Shown in pieces: positions 7,657-16,005 of a DNA stretch of 64,000 nucleotides (the first letter of the stretch is position 1; each line of letters opens with the position of its first letter). The DNA is taken from sequence record NC_105587.1, one strand, 5' to 3'. The stretch comes from Escherichia phage EC100. A program made the position numbers and the translations under genes. A model generated the notes under the pieces. That model saw only the letters and a list, made by a program, of their open reading frames with translations, did not search any database and was not told the origin of the DNA.

Positions 7657-8157
7657 TTTAAGTATTTTTAAGAACTCTCGTAAAAACTCTTAAAAATACA
7701 GACGATACCGGGAGAGTCATAAGTCTCACTCATTAAGTATTTCAAGACAAAATACAGTAACGTCTATTATTTTCCAGTTTAAGTCAAGGTGACTTAGTGG
7801 TTATGTCCTGCGGTATATTGAGGACTCGGTTAGGTTAGGGTCATGACTCCCCACCTTTTTGCTGCTACTCAACAGGAGTTATCGCGAATTACCTGTGCTA
7901 TTGTGCACCATTAGTGGCATCTCTCATGCCAGCATTTCCCACTTTATGTATAGCTTGAAAAACTACTCCGATATGGAGGAAAAACTTCACTATCTAGAAT
8001 ACCTTCTAAAGTTCTTCTTTAGCCTGGACATAGTTAAATCGTAATAAAACTATTCAGCAGACTGGTTGGTTAGTCTGGAACCAACTACCGCGTGGTTTAG
8101 GCAGTGCGCAACTAACCTCGGAAGCTTTTACGTTAAAAGCATCAGTTATCCAGTTCT

Positions 8158-8229
8158 TACCGACCGTAGGATTCGAACCTACATCTTCCACCAGTTACGG
8201 CTTGATAATACCAATTATACTAGGACGGC
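8158..8229 (-). tRNA. tRNA-like element (degenerate, possible pseudo-tRNA)
   Basis: T-arm GTAGG-TTCGAAT-CCTAC identical to the one in the 1271-1353 tRNA, acceptor stem with one mismatch, no clean anticodon stem, no CCA. Confidence 0.25.
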
Positions 8230-8305
8230 AGTGTTACTACATAAGTGATTTCCACACCCCACTATTTATAAATTAGATAGAAATTACTCTCTAATTTATG
8301 AATAT

Positions 8306-8334
8306 ATTATATAGAATTTATAAGCATTTAGCAA
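8306..8334 (-). promoter_or_regulatory. T5 early-class promoter (TTGCTA, 17 bp, TATAAT)
   Basis: Minus-strand TTGCTA-17-TATAAT with the conserved CATAAATT downstream box. Confidence 0.6.
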
Positions 8335-8342
8335 ATGAATTT

Positions 8343-8777
8343 TTAGAAAAATTCGCTAGCAATCAAAGCAGTTGTTTTACCATCATAACGCCCTGGAAAC
8401 TCTGCCTTAATGGTTTTCATTAAGAGAGCTTTGGTAATACCCGGGTTTAATTTAACCAGTTCTGCAAAATACTCACGAATCTGAACTTCAGTTAACTGCT
8501 CTAGAGCATATTCATACTCTAGACCTGCTAACAAGTCGAGATATTCAGCATCTGGAGTATATTCGATATTTGCTTTTGCAGCAGAAGTCATTGTATTCTC
8601 AATTGCTTTGAACTGTGATTTAATCCAGTTAGTAAATTCTAGTCTAGATACGCAATCTTTATCAATTCGTTGTAGGTCGCCTAAAATCGTGCTAAGGTGC
8701 TTGACTGACGCAGTATCACCGTGTTTGCGAGCTTTTTCAATTAATTCTCGCAGTACACGAATCATATTCGTACCCAT
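8343..8777 (-). CDS. hypothetical protein (144 aa)
   Basis: ATG start overlapping the stop of an upstream small ORF in a TAATG arrangement. Confidence 0.5.
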   Translation of the reverse strand: MGTNMIRVLRELIEKARKHGDTASVKHLSTILGDLQRIDKDCVSRLEFTNWIKSQFKAIENTMTSAAKANIEYTPDAEYLDLLAGLEYEYALEQLTEVQIREYFAELVKLNPGITKALLMKTIKAEFPGRYDGKTTALIASEFF

Positions 8778-8947
8778 TATTTCATCCCCAATGCTTGGTT
8801 AAAAGATTGTTCTGTCATAACTGCTGAGACTTTGGCGAAATCAAACTTTTTAGGGTTCGTAGTGATTTCAGCAATGTTAGAAGTTTTAACAGTTTTCGTA
8901 GTACGAATACCGCGAGTGTTAACACCAATAATTACAACTGATTTCAT
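8777..8947 (-). CDS. hypothetical small protein (about 56 aa, below the track size cutoff)
   Basis: ATG at 8947 with GAGGAAG ribosome-binding site; stop overlaps the downstream start (TAATG). Confidence 0.3.
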   Translation of the reverse strand: MKSVVIIGVNTRGIRTTKTVKTSNIAEITTNPKKFDFAKVSAVMTEQSFNQALGMK

Positions 8948-9015
8948 ATTTCGCTTCCTCTCATTAATTTATGAAAGTATTATACAGAAATTTAAGTATT
9001 TAAGCAAGTAAATTT

Positions 9016-9465
9016 TTAAGTTTTAGTGACAACAGGTTTATAGAATGTATGTCCCTTAATCTTAGTTGTTTTCTTAAATTTCTTTGTCCAGTAAGGTTTA
9101 TCTTTACCACTATGGAAGTATAGTGCTCCATGTGTAGGATCTTGTGGTAAATCAACGTAGTATATCACTCTAGCTAAATTCTTAGCGGTTTGCCAAGCCT
9201 CATCAGTTTTATCAACTTTTGGTCTCTTAGATACCCAAGAGAACTGGTTAGACTGATATACTACTTTACAGTAGGAATCTGGGAATTTACCGGAGTTTAC
9301 ACGGTTTTTAGTAACATGTGCAATCGCCGTCATTCCCTTTATGCCCTCACCACGACTTTCGAAATAGATATTTTTAGCAATGCAATCTATTTCTTTTGCA
9401 TCGTGCGACGCCTGACTACTAAAGCTGAAGGTAAGGGCAGCTACTAAAAGCAAAGCTGCCTTCAT
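9016..9465 (-). CDS. secreted cell wall hydrolase, SleB/Hydrolase_2-like
   Basis: Signal peptide MKAALLLVAALTFSFSSQA; conserved block IYFESRGEGIKGMTAIAHVTKNRV...VVYQSNQFSW; start moved to ATG 9465 with AGGAG ribosome-binding site. Confidence 0.6.
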   Translation of the reverse strand: MKAALLLVAALTFSFSSQASHDAKEIDCIAKNIYFESRGEGIKGMTAIAHVTKNRVNSGKFPDSYCKVVYQSNQFSWVSKRPKVDKTDEAWQTAKNLARVIYYVDLPQDPTHGALYFHSGKDKPYWTKKFKKTTKIKGHTFYKPVVTKT

Positions 9466-9470
9466 TCTTT

Positions 9471-9788
9471 TTACTCCTGCCAATCATATTCAACACGATT
9501 GGGATTTTCTTTATACCCTAAGTCAAGCAAATCATTACGCATATTTTGCTTAGCTACTGGGTTCGAGGTTACTAGTACCACTTTCTTTGGTCTCTGCCCA
9601 AATTCTAAGAGTAAACGAAGAATTTGATAACCTTCCATACCATCTACAGCCAAGTCATTATCCATATAAACGAAGTGGCCTGTGGTATCAGTTTTATTCA
9701 GAAACTCTACAGCGGCTTCTGGGGTTCGAATGATAATGTCCATTCCGTGAAGATTACGCACATCATCAATCAAAATATGAAAAGTCAT
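9471..9788 (-). CDS. stand-alone CheY-like receiver (REC) domain protein
   Basis: Aligns by eye to CheY: ILIDD (acidic pair), YMDNDL..GMEGYQIL (phospho-acceptor Asp), VVLVTS (Thr), GYKENP (Lys); 105 aa. Confidence 0.5.
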   Translation of the reverse strand: MTFHILIDDVRNLHGMDIIIRTPEAAVEFLNKTDTTGHFVYMDNDLAVDGMEGYQILRLLLEFGQRPKKVVLVTSNPVAKQNMRNDLLDLGYKENPNRVEYDWQE

Positions 9789-10230
9789 AATAGCCTCGTT
9801 TCATCAATTTAAAAATATATTATACATATAATTTAGTAGATTAGCAAATACATTTTTAAATTGTGAAACTAGTAAACCGATAAACAGCCTAGAGGCGCCA
9901 CAGGCCATATCTTATGAGCCATGTACCTTTGATCTAGGGTTTGAATCATCAACGAATACTTTGCATCTTTTAGCTTTAGAAGTTTAGAAGTTTGAGTTCT
10001 TTAAACTTTTCAGCTTTCATACTTAAATGTTGATCTTTGAAGTTGTGTCGGTAATATCAACGACGCTTTGTTCTTACGTGTCAGCTTAAAAGGCTGGTGT
10101 AATAAACATAATCTCCAATAGATTATACTTTATAGTATGGTCAGCGGTCTTATTTAACCTCGTATTTCAACCGCTGTTGCGAGGTAAGATGCTTGGGCTT
10201 TCGTCTACCGATTTACTAGCTTTTAAATTA

Positions 10231-10869
10231 TTACTCTACTTCAATAAAGGTAGAGGCGTTAGACTCGGACAGAACAAAGTCAACATTTGTTGCAAAGTCC
10301 TGGTATTCCTCGTCATGCTGCTTAATCAGCTTCTCCAGTTCCAGCGGATCAATCAAGAATGGAGTATTCTTGAGTTCCAGCAGGTTGAGCTGCATTTTAA
10401 CTTCATCTTCGGAAGTTTTCTTATCGCGGGTAGCCATGCTATCCTGCAAACGCTCGTATTTAGCATCAAACTGTGCTTTCTGCGTATTAAACTTAACCGT
10501 AGCGGCATGGAACTGCTTACGCATGTTAGCCAGCAGTTGAGCTTTAAGTTCCATACAACGCTTAGCTTCAATTGCTTCCGCAACAGTCATCTTACGAGAA
10601 CCGATCTCAACGATTGTTTCTGCATTGCTCTTAATCAGAGCAGCTTTGATACGATCACGCTGGGACATCATATCCAGCAGAGACTGGAAATCTGTCTTAA
10701 TACGCTCAGATAAATCAGCTACTTCGATTGCAGCACCAACTACAACCTGGTTTTTATCCTTACCTTCACCAACAGCGATCAGAAGCTGCTGTTCAGTAGC
10801 TTTACGGATTTTAGCTTCCAGAGATTTGATAGTTGCTAGAGCGCGAGTTTTAGAAATACGAGTAGTCAT
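10231..10869 (-). CDS. hypothetical coiled-coil protein, likely abundant (212 aa)
   Basis: AAGGAAG ribosome-binding site; E. coli-optimal codon usage; no catalytic motif. Confidence 0.55.
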   Translation of the reverse strand: MTTRISKTRALATIKSLEAKIRKATEQQLLIAVGEGKDKNQVVVGAAIEVADLSERIKTDFQSLLDMMSQRDRIKAALIKSNAETIVEIGSRKMTVAEAIEAKRCMELKAQLLANMRKQFHAATVKFNTQKAQFDAKYERLQDSMATRDKKTSEDEVKMQLNLLELKNTPFLIDPLELEKLIKQHDEEYQDFATNVDFVLSESNASTFIEVE

Positions 10870-10922
10870 TATTTGCTTCCTTATATGAAGTTTGAGATTT
10901 GAATTTGTTTAAATTTGGTCTA

Positions 10923-11105
10923 TTACAGGCCAATTGCCAGTAAGGTACGCAGAACAGTATCGTTACTGTTATTAATTTTAGGATTAGCACGATTTAGCAG
11001 ATCAAAGATTTTCTGGATACCTGATTGACGTTCAGCCATACGACGGATACCCAGATTACGAGTAGCTTTCTTACCATTTTTACGAACATTTTTAGATACT
11101 GGCAT
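10923..11105 (-). CDS. small basic protein (60 aa)
   Basis: ATG-initiated, Lys/Arg-rich. Confidence 0.4.
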   Translation of the reverse strand: MPVSKNVRKNGKKATRNLGIRRMAERQSGIQKIFDLLNRANPKINNSNDTVLRTLLAIGL

Positions 11106-11145
11106 ATTTGTTTTCCTTTTATTGTTTTCTCAAATTTATGAATAT

Positions 11146-11174
11146 ATTATACAGAATTTTGGAGCCGGAAGCAA
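11146..11174 (-). promoter_or_regulatory. T5 early-class promoter (TTGCTT, 17 bp, TATAAT)
   Basis: Minus-strand consensus hexamers with 17-bp spacer, followed by ATATTCATAAATTTGAGA. Confidence 0.6.
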
Positions 11175-11175
11175 A

Positions 11176-11877
11176 TCAAATTTTCATTTTTTCGATCATA
11201 GCTGCAACACAATAGCTCTCAACTAAGGCATCAAATGCTGGGTCGTGCTTAACCGGATAGATCCCATAACGAATGGTGTCCATCTTCTCCATTTTAGCTT
11301 TTGCCCAGCTAATACCTTCAGCCTCTAGATCTTTGTAACTATAACCAGCTTGCATCCAGAGATTACGGAGAGATCGAACATTGCCCAAATTCCAGAATTT
11401 CCACGGAACTACCTCTTCATTGGTTCCAGCATGGAACGTGTTTGCAGAGTAGATAGTCATATCAAACTCTGGGCCATTGCCATAATACAAAGCATTTTCG
11501 CCTAGAGCCAACTCCATAATATTTTGAGCCATAGAGAAGGCAGCATAGTTTGAGCCGAGTTTATTAGTGCAATGATGTTTACCATTTTGGAAGGCAATCA
11601 GTTTTGGATTACGTCCCTTCATAGCTTCCATAATGTGGATAGCAGACGGGCTATTTTTAGCTTGATCCATCCAGAATGCTAGAGTAGATGCTGTAACTTT
11701 GGCACCAGAATTAAGCTGATCTTGTACATCCAAAGTAACAAATATTAGATCAGGGTCTTTATCAATTCCTTGCATAGCCACAAAAGCGAAAGAAGGCATT
11801 GCGATATGAGTAGTACCACAATCTCCTGGAGTTCCCAGAGATTCAATATCTAGCATACCAAATGGTTTTACTTTCAT
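11176..11877 (-). CDS. DEDDh-type 3'-5' exonuclease (DnaQ-like fold)
   Basis: Exo I motif MLDIESLG, Exo III motif YPVKHDPAFDA; AAAGGA ribosome-binding site. Confidence 0.6.
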   Translation of the reverse strand: MKVKPFGMLDIESLGTPGDCGTTHIAMPSFAFVAMQGIDKDPDLIFVTLDVQDQLNSGAKVTASTLAFWMDQAKNSPSAIHIMEAMKGRNPKLIAFQNGKHHCTNKLGSNYAAFSMAQNIMELALGENALYYGNGPEFDMTIYSANTFHAGTNEEVVPWKFWNLGNVRSLRNLWMQAGYSYKDLEAEGISWAKAKMEKMDTIRYGIYPVKHDPAFDALVESYCVAAMIEKMKI

Positions 11878-11905
11878 AACTTATCCTTTATTGTGTAGAA
11901 AACTA

Positions 11906-12142
11906 TTAAAGAGCTGTCTCTTTAATAGACTCCCACTTCTTGGGGTCTTTAAAACCAGGAAGCATATCCTCACTGACATCCCAGTTCTCTTCCATAGAGA
12001 AGTCGGGCCACTCATTCCAGCTACCTTCCAGCTCTTCATAACAGGTATCCATTACCTCATGACTAGAAAGTCGTGTATAATCTCTAGCGGACTTATGAGT
12101 GCTAGCACGGTTAAAATCATTCTTTGCTACAAAATTACGCAT
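11906..12142 (-). CDS. hypothetical acidic protein (78 aa)
   Basis: ATG with GGAGA ribosome-binding site. Confidence 0.45.
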   Translation of the reverse strand: MRNFVAKNDFNRASTHKSARDYTRLSSHEVMDTCYEELEGSWNEWPDFSMEENWDVSEDMLPGFKDPKKWESIKETAL

Positions 12143-12149
12143 AGTTTCT

Positions 12150-12176
12150 CCAAATAAGAGGGGCTTTCGCCCCCTG
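12150..12176 (-). terminator. GC-rich hairpin terminator (AGGGGCTTTCGCCCC family)
   Basis: Hairpin GGGGGCGAAAGCCCC followed by TTATTT on the minus strand, after 12184..12399. Confidence 0.5.
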
Positions 12177-12183
12177 ATTTAAA

Positions 12184-12399
12184 TCATTTGCCCAGCAGTT
12201 TAAGGATATTTTCCATAATAGTTTGGGCAGATTTTTCACTCTTGCTGGTTTCAGCCAACTTTAAAGCTAGTTCTTCCTGCTGTTTCTGAATATCCGCAGC
12301 AATTTTTTGATCAGCCTCAATACGAGCTTGAAGCTCATCAGTGATAGTGGTAAAGGAAGCAACGATTTCAGCAACGGAACGTGGTTTCTTAGAGAACAT
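12184..12399 (-). CDS. hypothetical coiled-coil protein (71 aa)
   Basis: ATG with AAGGAT ribosome-binding site; flanked by GC-rich hairpins. Confidence 0.45.
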   Translation of the reverse strand: MFSKKPRSVAEIVASFTTITDELQARIEADQKIAADIQKQQEELALKLAETSKSEKSAQTIMENILKLLGK

Positions 12400-12463
12400 A
12401 AAAATATCCTTGATTAGTTAGAGAATTAGTCGATTGTAAGGGGCTTTCGCCCCTATTTATCTG

Positions 12464-12979
12464 TTACTTCGCTTTACGCTTGCGCGCTGGTTTAGCAGAT
12501 TTACGAGCAGAATCACCCGTGAACTTAATGCCTACACCGTAGCACAGAGCACGAACATTATCTTTACTATACTCTACGCCAAAGATATTTGGCTTAACAG
12601 ACCCAAACTGTCCATGAGTATCACGCAATACATCTGCTGTTGGTTTACGCTTCTGGTTAACTGCCTTCTCATAGTCTTTCATAGACATACCATTACGAGA
12701 GAACAACTCAGCCCCAGCGTTGAAGCTCAGGGAAACTGGGACAGATTTGTGGCCGTAATTTTCTACATACATAACCATTTTGTAAGATTTACGGGTGGCA
12801 TTTTTAGCTTTAGGCTTCTGACGAATCGGAGCCGGATTATTCAGTGCTTGCGCAGCCTGAGCATCGGTAGGGTGCTTACGCAGGTGGCGTTCCAGACGAG
12901 CTTTGCGATTAGCCTCGGTCTGTGGGAAAGTTTTAACTGTAGTAGCTGCTTGAGTTTTTGCGTTTTTCTGCTTAGCCAT
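12464..12979 (-). CDS. lysine-rich basic protein, possibly nucleic-acid binding (171 aa)
   Basis: ATG start; basic N- and C-termini (KARLERHLRKH, KPARKRKAK). Confidence 0.5.
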   Translation of the reverse strand: MAKQKNAKTQAATTVKTFPQTEANRKARLERHLRKHPTDAQAAQALNNPAPIRQKPKAKNATRKSYKMVMYVENYGHKSVPVSLSFNAGAELFSRNGMSMKDYEKAVNQKRKPTADVLRDTHGQFGSVKPNIFGVEYSKDNVRALCYGVGIKFTGDSARKSAKPARKRKAK

Positions 12980-13017
12980 TATTTGTTTTCCTTTTTGTTT
13001 ATCAATTTATGAAGTAT

Positions 13018-13046
13018 ATTATACGAGAATTTGAAGCGTTTAGCAA
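13018..13046 (-). promoter_or_regulatory. T5 early-class promoter (TTGCTA, 17 bp, TATAAT)
   Basis: Minus-strand consensus hexamers upstream of 12464..12979. Confidence 0.6.
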
Positions 13047-13054
13047 ATGAATTT

Positions 13055-13504
13055 TTAATTTATTAACTGTAAGCTTCTTTTAATTTCAGACCTTACCTGC
13101 ATCAAAAGAACTCCCAAAGTATTATCCCCGATGCCTCGGCAAACACCCCAATATGTATCTCCCCAGGTATTTCCTTCAATCAAAGTTGCATTTTCTGTTG
13201 CTAACAGTTTATCTCTCAAATCAGGGAGTGCAAACTTTAACCGTAAAAGCTCTAGCATTACATCATCTTTTACCTTATCCCAGTCAGAGCGTAGAGTTAA
13301 TTTACGTCCTCTACGTTTAGCAACTCCTGCATTTAGGGAGCGTAGTACATGAGCTACATCATCTTTTTGGTCGGATTTCATAGCCTGAAAAGCATGTTCT
13401 ACAGTATCAGCATGCCATATTTCATTTAGATATTCGAAAGTAATTGGTGATAAATAAAAGTTAGATAAGAAACTATAAGCACCTTTAAATTCAGTAATCT
13501 TCAT
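13055..13504 (-). CDS. NADAR / YbiA-like domain protein
   Basis: Family motifs FLSNFY, EHAFQAMK, and C-terminal WGDTYWGVCRGIGDNTLGVLLMQVR. Confidence 0.65.
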   Translation of the reverse strand: MKITEFKGAYSFLSNFYLSPITFEYLNEIWHADTVEHAFQAMKSDQKDDVAHVLRSLNAGVAKRRGRKLTLRSDWDKVKDDVMLELLRLKFALPDLRDKLLATENATLIEGNTWGDTYWGVCRGIGDNTLGVLLMQVRSEIKRSLQLIN

Positions 13505-13785
13505 TTTTTACGCCCCGCATCTTTGGCCTCTTCGGCTGTATAGATATACTGGTAAGCCCCTTTGGAGTAGGCTGGAGCAGTACACAGTTTCTTACGCTCA
13601 ATCTCTTCTTGAGCTTTTCTTTCGCGTTCAGCTAATTCTTCATCCAGATAAACTAAACGTTGTTCTGGAGGAGGTGGAAGACGTGTTTCTGGCTCACCAA
13701 TATTAGCCTTTCTTATTTGACGAGGTGATTGTGCACGTTTTCTCAATGATTTAAACCCTAGTGAATTTGAGTTATAAATTCGCAT
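13501..13785 (-). CDS. hypothetical protein (94 aa)
   Basis: ATG with GAGGAGG ribosome-binding site; stop overlaps the NADAR start. Confidence 0.5.
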   Translation of the reverse strand: MRIYNSNSLGFKSLRKRAQSPRQIRKANIGEPETRLPPPPEQRLVYLDEELAERERKAQEEIERKKLCTAPAYSKGAYQYIYTAEEAKDAGRKK

Positions 13786-13861
13786 AAAGCCCTCCTCACT
13801 TTCAATACGAATATTATACTAAATTAGAGAGCTTTAAGCAAGAAGATTTTTAATTTATTTA

Positions 13862-14338
13862 TCACATCTCAGCCATTTCAGCTTCAGTAATAACTGTGTT
13901 ACACAAAGCATCTACAGCTTCATTACCACTAATACCAGAATGTCCTTTAACCTTAATAAAGGTAGGATTAGTATTATGAAAGTTGATATACTGCTGTGTT
14001 AATTTAAATGCTTCCTGCCAAAGTTCTAGATTAAGAGGAACTTCACCATCTGCTTTCTTCCAGCCTTTTCTTTGCCAAGAAAACATCCAACTTTCCATAC
14101 CATTTTTGCAATAAGCAGAGTCAGTATAGATAATAATTGGTCTATTATCTTTTTTAACGGACCAACGTAGAGCTTCTACAATAGCCGTGAGTTCCATCTC
14201 ATTATTTGTAGTTTTAGGACTATACCCAGATTTAGAACCTAAACGATCGTCGTTATCATCATAGACAATAAAACCCCAAGCACCTAAACCCGGATTGCCT
14301 TTACATGCACCATCTGTGTAAATGTGGAAAACCGACAT
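13862..14338 (-). CDS. rnh: ribonuclease H (RNase HI-like)
   Basis: IYTDGACKGNPGLGAWG and downstream TNNEMEL...YTDS catalytic residues; 158 aa. Confidence 0.85.
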   Translation of the reverse strand: MSVFHIYTDGACKGNPGLGAWGFIVYDDNDDRLGSKSGYSPKTTNNEMELTAIVEALRWSVKKDNRPIIIYTDSAYCKNGMESWMFSWQRKGWKKADGEVPLNLELWQEAFKLTQQYINFHNTNPTFIKVKGHSGISGNEAVDALCNTVITEAEMAEM

Positions 14339-14538
14339 TATTTTTCACCTTCTGTTATCTCTTTAGTTTTTGACTGGGTAGGAGACTTGGGTTTTATAGC
14401 CTCTAACTCTCTATCCAGAAATTCCTCTATTGCTCTATCTACAAAATAATCATATGGTAAATGATAATATTCTGATAGAGTAAGAAGTTTGAGTTCTTGC
14501 TTTTCTGTTAAATAAACTTTCTTTCTAAAGAGTCCCAT
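14338..14538 (-). CDS. hypothetical protein (66 aa)
   Basis: ATG ORF whose stop overlaps the rnh start (TAATG). Confidence 0.4.
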   Translation of the reverse strand: MGLFRKKVYLTEKQELKLLTLSEYYHLPYDYFVDRAIEEFLDRELEAIKPKSPTQSKTKEITEGEK

Positions 14539-14632
14539 ATGTGTATCTCCAATTTATAAAATATATTATATTTAAATTTCACTAAATAAGCAAATGAAAT
14601 TTAAATATAATAGCCCCGAAGGGCTATTTAAG

Positions 14633-15472
14633 TTAAGAGGACATTTTAGCTTTAAGAGCTGGATGAGGATCGTACCCCTCTAAATGGAATGACCAAGCTG
14701 CCGTATTATTTTCTAGTAAGTCGTAAAGATCTACAAACTCTGGCATTACTAGAGTTGGTAAAGAACGAGGTTTACGTTTTACCTGTTCTTCTACCTGTTC
14801 CATATGGTCATTATAGATATGAGTATCACCACCACTAAAGATAAGATAACGAGGTTTTAATCCTGTCAGTTTTGCTAATATATGTGTTAATAAAGCATAA
14901 CTAGCAATATTGAAAGGTAAACCGAGGAAACAATCTACAGAACGTTGTGTCCATTTAAGGTCTAGGTATCCATCGTTACTTACATAGCATTGGAAGCCGT
15001 AGTGACAGGGTGGTAATGCCATCTTATCCAGTTCAGCAACGTTCCATGCAGAAACTAGATGTCTGCGGCCATGAGGATTATTCTTGAGTCCCTCAATAAG
15101 TTCTAGAATCTGATCTCGCCCACCAAAGTTACGCCACTGTTTGCCATATACTGGTCCTAGATTACCCTTATCATACCCCATACTTATAGCTTGGTCTTCA
15201 TAATTTGGAGTCCAGATGGTCCACTGCCCTTCGTCACGACCAAATGTGAATACACGTAGATCATGAAGATTTGTGGAACCAGACAAGAACCATAAAAGTT
15301 CTCCTACTACTGATTTCCAGGCCAGGCGTTTGGTAGTTACAGCTGGGAACCCTTCACGTAGGTCGAACTTAGCATAGGAATCAAAAATTGAAACTGTGCC
15401 TGTTCCTGTACGGTCATTACGGGGTTCACCTAGTAAAATTACATCTGTCAAAATTTTTAAATATTGTTGCAT
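14633..15472 (-). CDS. thyA: thymidylate synthase
   Basis: Active-site block LPPCHYGFQCYV and overall ThyA layout; 279 aa; start overlaps the DHFR stop. Confidence 0.9.
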   Translation of the reverse strand: MQQYLKILTDVILLGEPRNDRTGTGTVSIFDSYAKFDLREGFPAVTTKRLAWKSVVGELLWFLSGSTNLHDLRVFTFGRDEGQWTIWTPNYEDQAISMGYDKGNLGPVYGKQWRNFGGRDQILELIEGLKNNPHGRRHLVSAWNVAELDKMALPPCHYGFQCYVSNDGYLDLKWTQRSVDCFLGLPFNIASYALLTHILAKLTGLKPRYLIFSGGDTHIYNDHMEQVEEQVKRKPRSLPTLVMPEFVDLYDLLENNTAAWSFHLEGYDPHPALKAKMSS

Positions 15473-16005
15473 TAATAAGTAACCAATTCCTGTACAAATC
15501 GCAGGCTGTTATCACTGTTTGCGCCAACTGCATAGACTAATCGGGTGGATTCATAATTATAATCCAGTATCATACTATCTAGGTGTATATCTGCCTCTAG
15601 CTTCTGTTCGCTAAAGATTGTAGATACAAAAGCACTTTCTATATGCCCATGTTGGTACATTTCTAGAAGAAGATTAGCTCCGCCTAGAACTACTGTTTGC
15701 TGATCTTTTAGAAAAGTAGGTAATGTATCACCTATCATTGATATGGGAGTGTAAATATCATGTGTAATATCGTCTGGCAGTGGACGATCAGCACGAATAA
15801 ATAGGTCAGAAGCTCCAATCATACGTTCCCTAACGGCGTATGGAAGAGCTAAATAAGTACCTGCCCCAATAATAATATTATCAGGATTTAGTACATCTAA
15901 TTGTGAATAAAAAGCATCTAGTTCTTCTTTAAAAGAACCCCAGGGAAGCTTACCTCGGAGGCCGAACTCCCCATTCGGCCCAACTGCATATATTGCTGTA
16001 ATCAT
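15472..16005 (-). CDS. frd: dihydrofolate reductase
   Basis: N-terminal IYAVGPNGEFGLRGKLPW typical of DHFR; 177 aa; translationally coupled between nrdB and thyA. Confidence 0.85.
   Translation of the reverse strand: MITAIYAVGPNGEFGLRGKLPWGSFKEELDAFYSQLDVLNPDNIIIGAGTYLALPYAVRERMIGASDLFIRADRPLPDDITHDIYTPISMIGDTLPTFLKDQQTVVLGGANLLLEMYQHGHIESAFVSTIFSEQKLEADIHLDSMILDYNYESTRLVYAVGANSDNSLRFVQELVTY

Noticed and set aside
10177-10713. Plus-strand 178-aa ORF (and nested minus ORF 10353..10583)
   Set aside because: Lies antisense or out of frame within the well-supported 10231..10869 gene; Leu/Phe-rich low-complexity translation.
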